DNA from: an uncultured Actinomycetes bacterium
GTDB lineage: Bacteria; Actinomycetota; Thermoleophilia; UBA2241
Direction of reading: 5' to 3'
Length of the DNA: 64,000 bases
NCBI GenBank assembly: GCA_963755025.1
Contig: CAVWIH010000014.1
Coordinates: 160,001 to 224,000, forward strand
Under the pieces are notes generated by a model, which worked only from the letters and a program-made list of their open reading frames with translations, was not told the DNA's origin and made no database searches. Each line of letters starts with the position of its first letter. Positions within the stretch are counted from its first letter, which is position 1. Positions 9,690-18,862 of the stretch are shown here, one piece after another. The position numbers and the translations under genes are program-made.

Positions 9690-11109
9690 ATGACCATCAT
9701 CGCGAAGCGTGAGGACAAGACGATCGCCGAACGGCAGGCAACGGGCCGCGATGCGCGCAAGCTCGTGCCCCGCACCGCGCACGGCGCCTGGACGCCGGCG
9801 CCCGACCGTCCCGACCCGCTCGCCCTGCTGCGCGCGCAGGACGACGACCGCATGGCCGACCTGGTGCCCATCCGCTGGGGCCGCATGTCGACGTCGCCGT
9901 TCGCCTTTTATCGCGGCTCGGCGATCCTTATGGCCGCCGACCTCGCGCCGCTGCCGCGCACCGCCTTGGGTGTGCAGCTGTGCGGCGACGCTCACCTGTC
10001 GAACTTCGGCCTCTACGGCTCGCCCGAGCGCGAGCTGCTGTTCGACGTCAACGACTTCGACGAGACGCTGCCGGGGCCGTTCGAATGGGACCTCAAGCGC
10101 CTGGCCGCGAGCTTCGTGCTGGCCGCCCGCAACAACGGCCTGGGCGAAGACGTGGCGCGCGAGACGGCCCTGGCCGCGGTGCGCTCCTACCGCGAACACA
10201 TGACGGCTTACGCCGAGATGAACGAGCTCGACGTCTGGTATTCGCATATCGTCGCCGACGAGCTGCTCGAGATGATCCACGCCGCCACGGCGGACAAGGC
10301 GGCCGTCAAGAAGACCGGCAAGCAGCAGATCAAGGCGGGGACGAAGCTCGCCGAGAAGACCCTCACCAAGGCGCGTGGCCGCACCAGCCTGCAGGCGGCC
10401 GGCAAACTCAGCGAGGTGGTCGATGGCTCGCGGCGCATCGTCGAGCAGCCGCCGCTCGTCATGCACCTGGCGGAGCTCTCGGAAAACGAGGCGACCGCCA
10501 GCCTGTTCGGCCAGTACAAGGAGACCCTCGAAGACGACCGCCGCGAACTGCTCGAGCGGTATCGAGGTCGTCGACATCGCCCGCAAGGTGGTCGGTGTGG
10601 GCAGCGTGGGCACGCGCTGCATCATCGTGCTGCTGCTCGGTCGCGACGCCGACGACCCACTCTTCCTGCAGATCAAGGAGGCTGGTCCGTCGGTGCTCGA
10701 GCCCTACCTCGGTAAGAGCAGGTTCATCCACGGCGGTCACCGGGTCGTCGCGGGCCAGCGGCTCATGCAGGCCGCCAGCGACATCTTCCTGGGCTGGATG
10801 ACGGGCAAGCCCGGCGGACGCCACTTCTACTGGCGCCAGCTGCGCGACATGAAGGGCTCGATCGAGGTCGAGCTGCTCAGGGCCCCGGGCCTCGAGATCC
10901 TCGCCACCATGTGCGGCTGGACGCTGGCCCGCGGGCACGCGCGCTCGGGGCAGCGCGTCGCGATCGCCTCGTACCTCGGCGTGAGCGGCCGTTTCGACCA
11001 GTCGGTCGCCGAGTTCGCCGTCTCGTACGCCGACCAGGCCGAGAAGGACTACGAGACCATGCTCAAGGCGATCAAGCAGGGCAAGATCCCGGTCGAGAGC
11101 GGCATCTAG
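9690..11109 (+). CDS. DUF2252 family (kinase-like) protein, frameshift near 10563
   Basis: SPFAFYRGSA, CGDAHLSNFG and DVNDFDE, then in the next frame DIARKVVGVGSVG, LQIKEA and RQLRDMKGS. Confidence 0.9.
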
Positions 11110-11138
11110 AGCGAGGCTCTGCCCGACGGCGGCGCGGT

Positions 11139-12032
11139 TTAGAGCGGCACGCCGCCGTCGGGCGGCAGCGGCACCGGGGTGTGCAACGACGCCGCGCGCA
11201 CCGTCGCCCCGGCCGCCGCGATCATGACTGTGACGATGGCCGCCACGTCGAGCGCGCTCAGCGTCTGGCCGACGAACAGAAAGCCGGTGAGGGCGGCGAT
11301 CGCCGGCTCCAGGCTGAGCAGCACGCTGTAGGTCGCGGCCCGCACCAGGCGCAGGGCGATGAGCTCGAGAAAGTAGGGCGCCGCCGACGACACGAGGCCG
11401 ACGAAGGCCCCCAGGGCCACCGCCGACGGATGGTGCACGAGGCGTGGCGCGAACAGCAGGGCCACCGGGGTCAGCATGAGCGCCGAACCCGTGAAGATGA
11501 GGGTCGTCACCTGCAGCGGCTCGAGCACCCCGAGGGCGCGCCGGGCGAGCACCAGGTACAGGCCCCAGAACAGGGCGGCCGACAAGGCCAGGACGAGGCC
11601 ACCCAGCCCGATCGACCCACTCGGGCCGACGAGCACGGCGATGCCCACCGCCGCGAGGCCGACCCAGACGAAGTCGGACGGCCGCCGCGAGCCCAGGACC
11701 GCCACCACGAGCGGGCCCGAGAACTCGATGGCCACGACGATGCCGATGGGCGCCTGCGAGATCGCCCCGTAAAAGCTCAGGTTCATGCACAGCAGGCTCA
11801 GCGCGAGCAGGGCGACCGTGCGGCGCTGCCCGGGCGGCGGCAGGCGCAGCGAGCGCGGCCGCACCGCGATCAACACGAGGGCGGCCGTCGTGGTGCGCAG
11901 CCAGTTGGCGTCGACGACACCCACGGCGCCGATGACCTTCGTGGCCAGGGCGGAGCCGCTCTGCATCATGAAGGCGATGACGATGACGAGCAGCGGCGCC
12001 ACCAGCGGGCCACGGGCGGCTCGCGGGCTCAT
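11139..12032 (-). CDS. EamA/RhtA-like DMT transporter
   Basis: MQSGSALA, PIGIVVAIEFSGPL and LLSLEPAIAALTG. Confidence 0.88.
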   Translation of the reverse strand: MSPRAARGPLVAPLLVIVIAFMMQSGSALATKVIGAVGVVDANWLRTTTAALVLIAVRPRSLRLPPPGQRRTVALLALSLLCMNLSFYGAISQAPIGIVVAIEFSGPLVVAVLGSRRPSDFVWVGLAAVGIAVLVGPSGSIGLGGLVLALSAALFWGLYLVLARRALGVLEPLQVTTLIFTGSALMLTPVALLFAPRLVHHPSAVALGAFVGLVSSAAPYFLELIALRLVRAATYSVLLSLEPAIAALTGFLFVGQTLSALDVAAIVTVMIAAAGATVRAASLHTPVPLPPDGGVPL

Positions 12033-13273
12033 CGCTCCGTACCGGCCAGCGCGAACCAGACCCAGGCTCCGCCGGCCAGGCAGAGCGCCGCCGCGCCGCC
12101 GAACAGCGCCGGCGCCCCCAGACGGGCGTAGACGAAGCCGCCGACCGACGGACCGACGACGGCGCCGACACCCCAGCCCACCGTCTGCGTGACGGTCTGG
12201 CCCGTCGAGAGCAGGCGGCGCGGCACCAGCCGCCCGACGACCACCACGACGCCCACGTAGCTGAGCGCGAAGGCCACGCCGTCACCGGCGGCCACCAGCG
12301 CCAGGGCGAGCGGCGAGTGCAGGAACGACCAGGCCAGGAACACGAGGCCGTAGGCCAGCGAGCCGGCGACGAACACCGAACGCAGGCCGAAACGCCGTGC
12401 CAGCCCCGAGCTCCAGTGCATGACGGGGATCTCGATCAGGGCGCCGAGGCCGGCGGCCACGCCCACGAGAAAGGGCCCGCCGCCGGTGCCCACGATACGC
12501 AGGCTCACGAAGTCGAGGGCGGCGTAGGTGCCCGCGCTCGAGATCACCATGCCGACCAGGAACGACAAAAGGCCGGGCGAGGCGCGAAACACGTCGCCGA
12601 GCGCGCCGTAGCGCGACGCGGCGCGCACGGGCGCCGGCGCGCCGGCCGGCAGGCGCAGGGTCCACAGGCCGAAGGCGACGGTGCCGGCCGCGTAGAGCGG
12701 CAGGACCGGGCTCAGGCCGACGACCTCGTAAAGGGCGCCGAAGCCGATGACCGCAAGGCCCCAGCCGAGGCTCGCCCACAACCTGATGCGGCCGTACTCG
12801 CTCATGCGCTCCGCGCCGAGGTAGGCCACGGCAAGCCCGTCCGACAGCGGCGCGGCGGGCGCCGAGCATGCCGTCATGAGCACGGCGCTCGCGAGGATCG
12901 CCCAGAACAGGGGCCCGCTCACGGCCAGCGCCAGGGCGAAGAACGCAGTCGCCGTCGACGACACGACGAGCACACGCACGGCGCCCAGGCGGGTGTCGGC
13001 CAGGTGGCTCCAGAGCGGCGCCGCGAGGGCGCCGACCAGCGCGATCACGGCGAACACGAGCCCGATGCGCTGCGGCGTAAGGCCGCGCCCGCTGAGCAGC
13101 AATGCGAAGAAGGGAATGAACGCCGAGCCGCCGACGCCGGCGATCAGAAAGAGCAGGCGCAGCGACCACAGGCCGCCGAGGTCGGGCCGCCCCCGACCGC
13201 GTGCCGGCGCAGACCGCGCCGCCCCCGCGTGCGCTTCGTCGGGGCCGTCCGGCTGTCCTGTGAGCTCGCTCAT
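12029..13273 (-). CDS. MFS transporter (MFS_1-like / PPP family)
   Basis: About 12 TM segments with WSHLAD, YGRIRLWASLGW and EIP motifs. Overlaps the downstream gene by 4 bp. Confidence 0.85.
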   Translation of the reverse strand: MSELTGQPDGPDEAHAGAARSAPARGRGRPDLGGLWSLRLLFLIAGVGGSAFIPFFALLLSGRGLTPQRIGLVFAVIALVGALAAPLWSHLADTRLGAVRVLVVSSTATAFFALALAVSGPLFWAILASAVLMTACSAPAAPLSDGLAVAYLGAERMSEYGRIRLWASLGWGLAVIGFGALYEVVGLSPVLPLYAAGTVAFGLWTLRLPAGAPAPVRAASRYGALGDVFRASPGLLSFLVGMVISSAGTYAALDFVSLRIVGTGGGPFLVGVAAGLGALIEIPVMHWSSGLARRFGLRSVFVAGSLAYGLVFLAWSFLHSPLALALVAAGDGVAFALSYVGVVVVVGRLVPRRLLSTGQTVTQTVGWGVGAVVGPSVGGFVYARLGAPALFGGAAALCLAGGAWVWFALAGTER

Positions 13274-13352
13274 CGGCTCGCATGGTAGCAGCTCAGATGA
13301 GCGAAGGACGCCGCGCCGCGCGGGCGGCGGCGGGTGCTGAGGCGGCGCCGCC

Positions 13353-13766
13353 TTAGGAGCGGGGCACCGCGCGCCGGTCGCTCACCGAGTAGAGCACGCC
13401 GGTCTCGACCGTCGGGATCAGAAAGCCGCTGCCGCCCTCGCGCGCGTCGTCGAGCGAGCGGCCCAGCGCATACGACAGGGCCGGCGTGGGTTCGGCGAGC
13501 CAGCGATACGTGTTGACAAGGCCGCTGCTGGCCGGTTGTGGACCGTACACCGTCTCGCACCAGGTGTCGCCGTCGTCGAGCAGCAGGTAGCGGCGGCGCT
13601 TGGCGTGCGGCACAGGGTCGTCGAGCAGCCAGGCCGTGCGCGGCACGCTCTCAAAGGCCACGGTGCGGTTGGGAGCGCGGCCCAGCGCCCGCATGGCGTC
13701 GAGATACTGACGCACGCTCTTCTTGAGTTGCGCCCTCGTCGTGGACGCTATGATCGTCGTGTTCAC
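13353..13766 (-). CDS. Hypothetical protein (137 aa)
   Basis: GTG start with GGAGGAG RBS and non-shadow amino-acid composition. No family recognised. Confidence 0.65.
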   Translation of the reverse strand: MNTTIIASTTRAQLKKSVRQYLDAMRALGRAPNRTVAFESVPRTAWLLDDPVPHAKRRRYLLLDDGDTWCETVYGPQPASSGLVNTYRWLAEPTPALSYALGRSLDDAREGGSGFLIPTVETGVLYSVSDRRAVPRS

Positions 13767-13936
13767 CGGCTCCTCCGTGCCCGTCGGCGGCGCGAGACCG
13801 TTCGCCTGCGCACCGCTCTCCTAGTTCGCGCCGACAGGCGGACTCTCCTACTACTACTTACTAGTTTACTCAGAAGACCCGTTGCCTGGACGCGTTACGG
13901 CGTCCGAGCGCCGCCCCGATACGGCATACTTGGCAG

Positions 13937-14404
13937 ATGGACTCGCGTTCGTCACCCTGGGCGAGGCTCGCCGTCGTCACCATCTACGCGGCCGCGATGG
14001 CGCTCGTCGAGGCCATGGTCGTCTACTACCTGCGCCGCCTGTTCGCCCTGCAGTACTCGGCCGTGTTCACGGCGGGGCACTTCAGCTTTCCCCGCGCCTA
14101 CCTGCGCCACGAACAGCTGCGCGAAGCGGCGACCATCGTCATGCTGCTGGCGGTGGCCTTCCTGGCGGGCCGCGGCCCGTGGCAGAAGGTCGCCTACTTC
14201 CTCTTTGCCTTCGGCGTCTGGGACATCGGCTACTACGTGTCGCTCAAGGTCATGCTCGACTGGCCGGCCTCGCTCGCCACCCGCGACCTGCTCTTTCTGA
14301 GCCCGTCGCAGTGGTGGGCCCCGGTGTGGGAGCCGCTGCTCGCCTCGGTCGTCTTCGTCGTGGCCGGCTGCGCCCTGCTGCTCGCCGGCCAGAGGCGGCG
14401 ATGA
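13937..14404 (+). CDS. Four-TM hypothetical membrane protein
   Basis: EAMVVYYLR, EQLREAATIVML, FGVWDIGYY and PVWEP. CATACT -10 lies 6 bp upstream (leaderless). Confidence 0.8.
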   Translation: MDSRSSPWARLAVVTIYAAAMALVEAMVVYYLRRLFALQYSAVFTAGHFSFPRAYLRHEQLREAATIVMLLAVAFLAGRGPWQKVAYFLFAFGVWDIGYYVSLKVMLDWPASLATRDLLFLSPSQWWAPVWEPLLASVVFVVAGCALLLAGQRRR

Positions 14405-15330
14405 GCGGCGGTGGTGCGCTGTCGGCGCCGCGCGACGCGGCGACGGCAGGCGACGCGGCGCCGGCCGCAGGCGAACCGCCGGCGCTGCGCGTCGCCACCT
14501 TCAACATCCGCAACGGGATCGCCTTCGATGGTCTCGACTCGTGGCCCCTGCGCCGCCGTGCGACCGCTCAGGCCATCGCCGACTTAGACGCCGACCTCAT
14601 CGGCTTGCAGGAGGTCTACGGCTTTCAGCAGCGCTACCTGATGGGCCGCGCGCCGGGCTACGAGGCCACCGGCGTGGGGCGCACCGACGGCCGCGGGCGA
14701 GGCGAGCGCTGCGCCGTGCTCTACCGCAGCGCTCGCCTCGCCCTCACGAGCTCGACGACGCGCTGGTTCTCCGACACGCCCGACCTGCCCGGTTCGACCG
14801 GCTGGGGGAACCGCCAGCCCCGCGTCGTCACGCTGGCGCGCTTCATCGACCTCGCCACCGGACGCGCCTTCGGCCTGGCCGACTGCCACCTCGAGGGCGC
14901 CCCCGCCGTCGCGCGACACCGCAGCGCGGCGGCGCTTCCAACGTGGCTCGACCCCGCGCTGCCATGGATCGTCGCCGGCGACCTGAACGCCGAGCCCGAC
15001 GACCAGGCCCTGCGCACCCTGCTCGCCGCGGGGCTGCGCGACGTCTTCGCGCCCGCGGCGGCGGCGCCCGTCGCGGCGCCGCCCACCACCCGCCCCCGGG
15101 GCGCGGAGCGGGCGCGGCGCATCGACTACCTGCTGGTCACGCGTGAGTGGCGGGTCGGCGCGGCGGCGGTGGCGGCCGCCGGCCGCCACCGCCGCGCCTC
15201 GGACCACCTGCCGGTCGTGGCGACCCTGCGCCTGCTCCCCGACCGGCCGAAGGCTGCAGGACCCGCCGCCATTGCCTACACTGAGTCCAAGGATGAGACG
15301 CACGAGCGGCACACGAAGGAGCCCACATGA
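14401..15330 (+). CDS. Endonuclease/exonuclease/phosphatase (EEP) family protein
   Basis: ATFNIR, GLQEV, GDLNA, RIDYLL and SDHLPV. ATGA overlap with the upstream gene. Confidence 0.9.
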   Translation: MSGGGALSAPRDAATAGDAAPAAGEPPALRVATFNIRNGIAFDGLDSWPLRRRATAQAIADLDADLIGLQEVYGFQQRYLMGRAPGYEATGVGRTDGRGRGERCAVLYRSARLALTSSTTRWFSDTPDLPGSTGWGNRQPRVVTLARFIDLATGRAFGLADCHLEGAPAVARHRSAAALPTWLDPALPWIVAGDLNAEPDDQALRTLLAAGLRDVFAPAAAAPVAAPPTTRPRGAERARRIDYLLVTREWRVGAAAVAAAGRHRRASDHLPVVATLRLLPDRPKAAGPAAIAYTESKDETHERHTKEPT

Positions 15331-15369
15331 CGACGCCCGGCGCGCGCGCCTGCTACAGCAGGTGACCCC

Positions 15370-16554
15370 ATGACGCAGGCGGCGCCCGTCCCACCCGCAG
15401 GCCGGCGCCTGTTCGGCCGCGTCCGTTCGGTCGAGGCCGCCGGCTTGCTGATCGCGGTGCTCGTGGCCGTCGCCTTCCTCGTGTGGGGCGCCCACATGGG
15501 GCGCGCCCGGGAGGGCGCCGCCGACCCAGCCTGGCCGGCGGGTAGCGGCAGCCTTGTGGTGTGGCGTGGCAGCGACGGCGCGCTCACGGCGCGCGTCACC
15601 AGCGCCTCCGGGGTCGCCACCGAAACGTCGCTCGGCGCCGGTGACGACGTACGGCTCGTGGCCGGCGGCGCGCGTCCCGTGGTGTTGGTCAGCGGGGCCG
15701 ACGGCGGGCACCGGCTGCTGCGCTACGCGCCCGACCAGCGCTCCTGGTCCGCTCTCGCCACGTCGCTGCACCCGGGCGAGCTCACGTCGGCGGCGATGTC
15801 CGCCGGCCTCGCCTACGTGCCGGTGGGCGCCGGAACGACGGCCGCGGTCGTCGCCGTGCGCCCCGACGGCGCCGTGGCCGCACGCTACCCGCTGCCCCTC
15901 CTCGAGCCCGACCCGAACGCCCTCCTGGCGCAGCCGGGCCAGGCGGCCGGGGCGGGGACGCGCGCGGCCGGCCGCGGCCACGTGGTCGCCCTCCTTGCCG
16001 TGCACGGCGACGTGCTGGCGGTCACCGCCACGTCCTTCGCCGCCGCGATCACCGACCTGCGCACCGGCGCCAGAGTCTCGCTGGGCAGCTACACGCGGAT
16101 CGTCGCGGCGACGGTCGGCGGCGACGGCTCCGTCTACCTCCTCGCCGGCAGCGCCGACCCCGCCTTCACGCTGCGCTTCTTACGCATCGACCCGCGCACC
16201 ATGCGCTCGCTCGCGGCCTGGGACACGGGCGTCGCGGCTTCGTCGCAACCCGCTTGGGGACTGCCCACGCGCTTCGGCGCAATCGTCTACTCACCCGGTA
16301 CGCCGCACTCGATCGACGCCTACTCGGGGACCAACGTCTGGCTGCTCGACGGCGGCGGCGCGCGCACGAACTCGGCCGTGTCGTCGAACGCGGGCGTGCG
16401 CATGGGTCCGGGAGCGGGCGACAGCGTGCTGCTCTACGGCGCGCCCGCCGGCGGCGCGGTGTCGCGACTCGACACCGACAACGGCGTGCTCAGCCGGGCG
16501 GGCGGCCGGCTCAGCGCGCCGCCGGGCGCGACCGTCCTCCTCGCCGCTGACTAG
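15370..16554 (+). CDS. Membrane-anchored hypothetical protein, probably beta-propeller-like
   Basis: N-terminal TM helix followed by repeated short beta-strand/turn segments. The fold is inferred. Confidence 0.65.
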   Translation: MTQAAPVPPAGRRLFGRVRSVEAAGLLIAVLVAVAFLVWGAHMGRAREGAADPAWPAGSGSLVVWRGSDGALTARVTSASGVATETSLGAGDDVRLVAGGARPVVLVSGADGGHRLLRYAPDQRSWSALATSLHPGELTSAAMSAGLAYVPVGAGTTAAVVAVRPDGAVAARYPLPLLEPDPNALLAQPGQAAGAGTRAAGRGHVVALLAVHGDVLAVTATSFAAAITDLRTGARVSLGSYTRIVAATVGGDGSVYLLAGSADPAFTLRFLRIDPRTMRSLAAWDTGVAASSQPAWGLPTRFGAIVYSPGTPHSIDAYSGTNVWLLDGGGARTNSAVSSNAGVRMGPGAGDSVLLYGAPAGGAVSRLDTDNGVLSRAGGRLSAPPGATVLLAAD

Positions 16555-16730
16555 GCGCGGGACGTAGTCACGCCTGTCTGAGCCGGCGACGACGCAGTCC
16601 GTCGGCGGGACTAGGCGCGCGACGAAGTCACGCCTGCCTGAGCCGGCGACGACGAAGTCGGTCGACGGGACTAGGCGCGCGACGTAGTCACGCCTGTCTG
16701 AGCCGGCGACGACGCAGTCGATCGGCGGAG
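16549..16730. repeat. 3 x 60-bp tandem array of REP-like double hairpins
   Basis: Unit GACTAGGCGCG(G/C)GACG(T/A)AGTCACGCCTG(T/C)CTGAGCCGGCGACGACG(C/A)AGTC... starting at 16549, 16609 and 16669. Confidence 0.9.
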
Positions 16731-16734
16731 CTAG

Positions 16735-17721
16735 ATGATTGATTCCACGAGATTCGCCTCAGGCAAGGAAAGAGAAGCAGAGAGGCCGAAGCCGACGGTG
16801 CCCTAAGTCACCGTCTGCCCGGAGGCCACGATGGACGCCGACCTCGACACTCTCTGCACCGTGGTTTATTGCACAGCCGACGATCTTCTGCCAGAGGCAC
16901 GGCGTAACGCCCGCCGCCGCGTGAGCGACGCCGAGGTCGTCACCCTCTGCGTGGCCCAGGCGATCATGGGGATCCCATCCGACCGGCGCTTCCTGGCGAC
17001 GGCCCGCAAGCGCCTCGTCCATCTGTTCCCCGACGTGCCTCGCCAGGCCGGCTATCACAAACGCCGCCGCCGTCTGGCCGACACGATCGAGTGGCTCACG
17101 GGCGTCTTCGCCAGCAAAAGCCCGGGCTTTACGGACGACCTTCTGCTGTGCGACTCGACCCCGCTGCCCTGCGCCGCCAGCCGCGAGACGGCCAAGCGCT
17201 CAGCGCTTGGCGAGGCCGCCGGCTACGGCTACTGTGCCGCCCACTCGCGCTGGTTCTGGGGCTTTCGCCTCCACCTGCTGGTGGCTCCCGATGGTACCCC
17301 GCGGGCCTTTACGCTCGCCGATCCCGCCCGCGGCGAACGCGAGGTGGCCCTCGAGCTGCTGCGACGCGCGGCGCGCGGCGGTGAGGTCCTTCTGTGCGAC
17401 AAGGGCTACGCCGGGCGCGAGTTCGCTCGCGGGGCCGCCGAGCGCGGCGTCGCTGTGGTGCGACCTGCGCGCAAGGACGAGACCGCAGCCGGCCCGTACC
17501 TGGCGCCCATCCGCCAGCGCATCGAGTCGATCTTCTGGACGGCCAAGGATCTGCTCACCCTGGAGCGCCACGGGGCACGCACCATGGCGGGGCTACGCGA
17601 GCGTATCCTGCAACGCTTCTGCTGCCTGGCGGTCTGCATCAGCCTCAACCACCGGCTGGGACGGCCGAGCCGCGCCCTGGTCGACTACTGCGCCTGAGGC
17701 TGTGGGCGTGGAATCAATCAT
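16735..17721 (+). mobile_element. IS982-family insertion sequence, complete
   Basis: Perfect 15-bp terminal IRs ATGATTGATTCCACG (16735-16749) and CGTGGAATCAATCAT (17707-17721), flanked by CTAG on both sides (16731-16734, 17722-17725). Confidence 0.9.
16831..17697 (+). CDS. IS982-family DDE transposase
   Basis: SDAEVVTL N-terminus; catalytic D (CDSTP), D (CDKGY) and E (RQRIESIF); GYGYCAAHSRWFWGFRLH. Confidence 0.92.
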   Translation: MDADLDTLCTVVYCTADDLLPEARRNARRRVSDAEVVTLCVAQAIMGIPSDRRFLATARKRLVHLFPDVPRQAGYHKRRRRLADTIEWLTGVFASKSPGFTDDLLLCDSTPLPCAASRETAKRSALGEAAGYGYCAAHSRWFWGFRLHLLVAPDGTPRAFTLADPARGEREVALELLRRAARGGEVLLCDKGYAGREFARGAAERGVAVVRPARKDETAAGPYLAPIRQRIESIFWTAKDLLTLERHGARTMAGLRERILQRFCCLAVCISLNHRLGRPSRALVDYCA

Positions 17722-18849
17722 CTAGGCGCGCGACGCACCCCAGGCGAGCCAGCGCGCGGGGTTGTCGACCATGAGGCGGCGCAGCGTCGCGGCGTCGACC
17801 CCGGCCGCGGCGAAGTGCGCCGGCAGGGCGCGGACGAGGTGCGCGTACCCGCAGCCCCCGTAGGCGGCCAGCCTGATCTTCATGGCGATGTCGTGAGAGA
17901 CCAGGAGGCTGCCGGAGAAGCCCTCGGCGCAGAGCGCGGCGACCGCCGCGACGCGCTCGTGGTCGGCGCGCGACGGCTCGGCGCCGTCACCGGCCGGCCG
18001 GGGGCCGCGCGGCGCGGGCCAGCCGAAGCCGTCGAAGGCGACGAACGCGCCCTCGCGGGCTATCTCGCGGCAAAAGTCGAGGTCGATGCCCGGCCCGGAA
18101 GCGTCACCCGGACCGGATGGGTCGCTGTCGTCGGCGTCGAGGCCCGAGTCGAGGTGGCAGACGGCGACCCGGCCGGGGTCGACGCCGTGCTCCTTCAAGA
18201 CGAGCAGCGCCTCGAGTCCCATGTGCCCGGGCGCCACCGAATGCAGCGAGACCGGTGCGCCCGTGGCGCGCTGCGCGCGGGCGGCCGCCTGCAGCACGCG
18301 CAACTCGACCGGGGCGATGCTCCGCGACGACACGCCGATCTCGCCGATCAGGCCGCAGGGCGGGGAGCCCTGCGCGTCGGGCGCCAGGTCGGCGAGCAGC
18401 TCCGCGGCAATCTCGTCGACCGTGGCGGCGACCGTGCCCGGTGAGACCAGATCGGCGGTGTAGTGGCCGCAGCCGGCCACCACGTGCAGGCCGGTGGCGC
18501 GCGCGAGGCGCGCCAGCGCGGCGCGGTCGCGCCCCAGCTCGTCGGGCGTCTGGTCGACGACCGCGCGACCGCCGGCGGCAGCGTACAGCCCAAGCTCGGC
18601 GACTATCTCGTCGAAGTCGTCGAGGCGCAGGTTGGCGCGGTTGCCGAGCGGGTCGCGACGGACGCGGTCGAGGTCGGCCGCCGTGAGCGGCTCGTCGGCG
18701 AAGGCCGACGCCGGCGCGCCGGCCGGCGGCCAGTCGAGGCCCCCGTCGAGCGCGCAGATGAGGTGTTCGTGCGGCAGGCAGACGCCGAGCTCGGCCGGCG
18801 CGATCGGTCCGAGCACGCTCACGACCTTGCCCGTCGGCGCCCCGGCCAC
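17722..18849 (-). CDS. Phosphotriesterase-like (PHP/PTE) amidohydrolase; start approximate
   Basis: Metal ligands in LPHEHL, GEIG, SLHS, CHLD and SHD. Its TAG stop is the IS target CTAG. Confidence 0.88.
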   Translation of the reverse strand: MAGAPTGKVVSVLGPIAPAELGVCLPHEHLICALDGGLDWPPAGAPASAFADEPLTAADLDRVRRDPLGNRANLRLDDFDEIVAELGLYAAAGGRAVVDQTPDELGRDRAALARLARATGLHVVAGCGHYTADLVSPGTVAATVDEIAAELLADLAPDAQGSPPCGLIGEIGVSSRSIAPVELRVLQAAARAQRATGAPVSLHSVAPGHMGLEALLVLKEHGVDPGRVAVCHLDSGLDADDSDPSGPGDASGPGIDLDFCREIAREGAFVAFDGFGWPAPRGPRPAGDGAEPSRADHERVAAVAALCAEGFSGSLLVSHDIAMKIRLAAYGGCGYAHLVRALPAHFAAAGVDAATLRRLMVDNPARWLAWGASRA

Positions 18850-18862
18850 CGCGCGCCCCGGG

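Noticed and set aside
16549-16730. CRISPR array
   Set aside because: The units are contiguous near-identical 60-mers with no unique spacers, and there are no cas genes. The same applies to 52781-52903.
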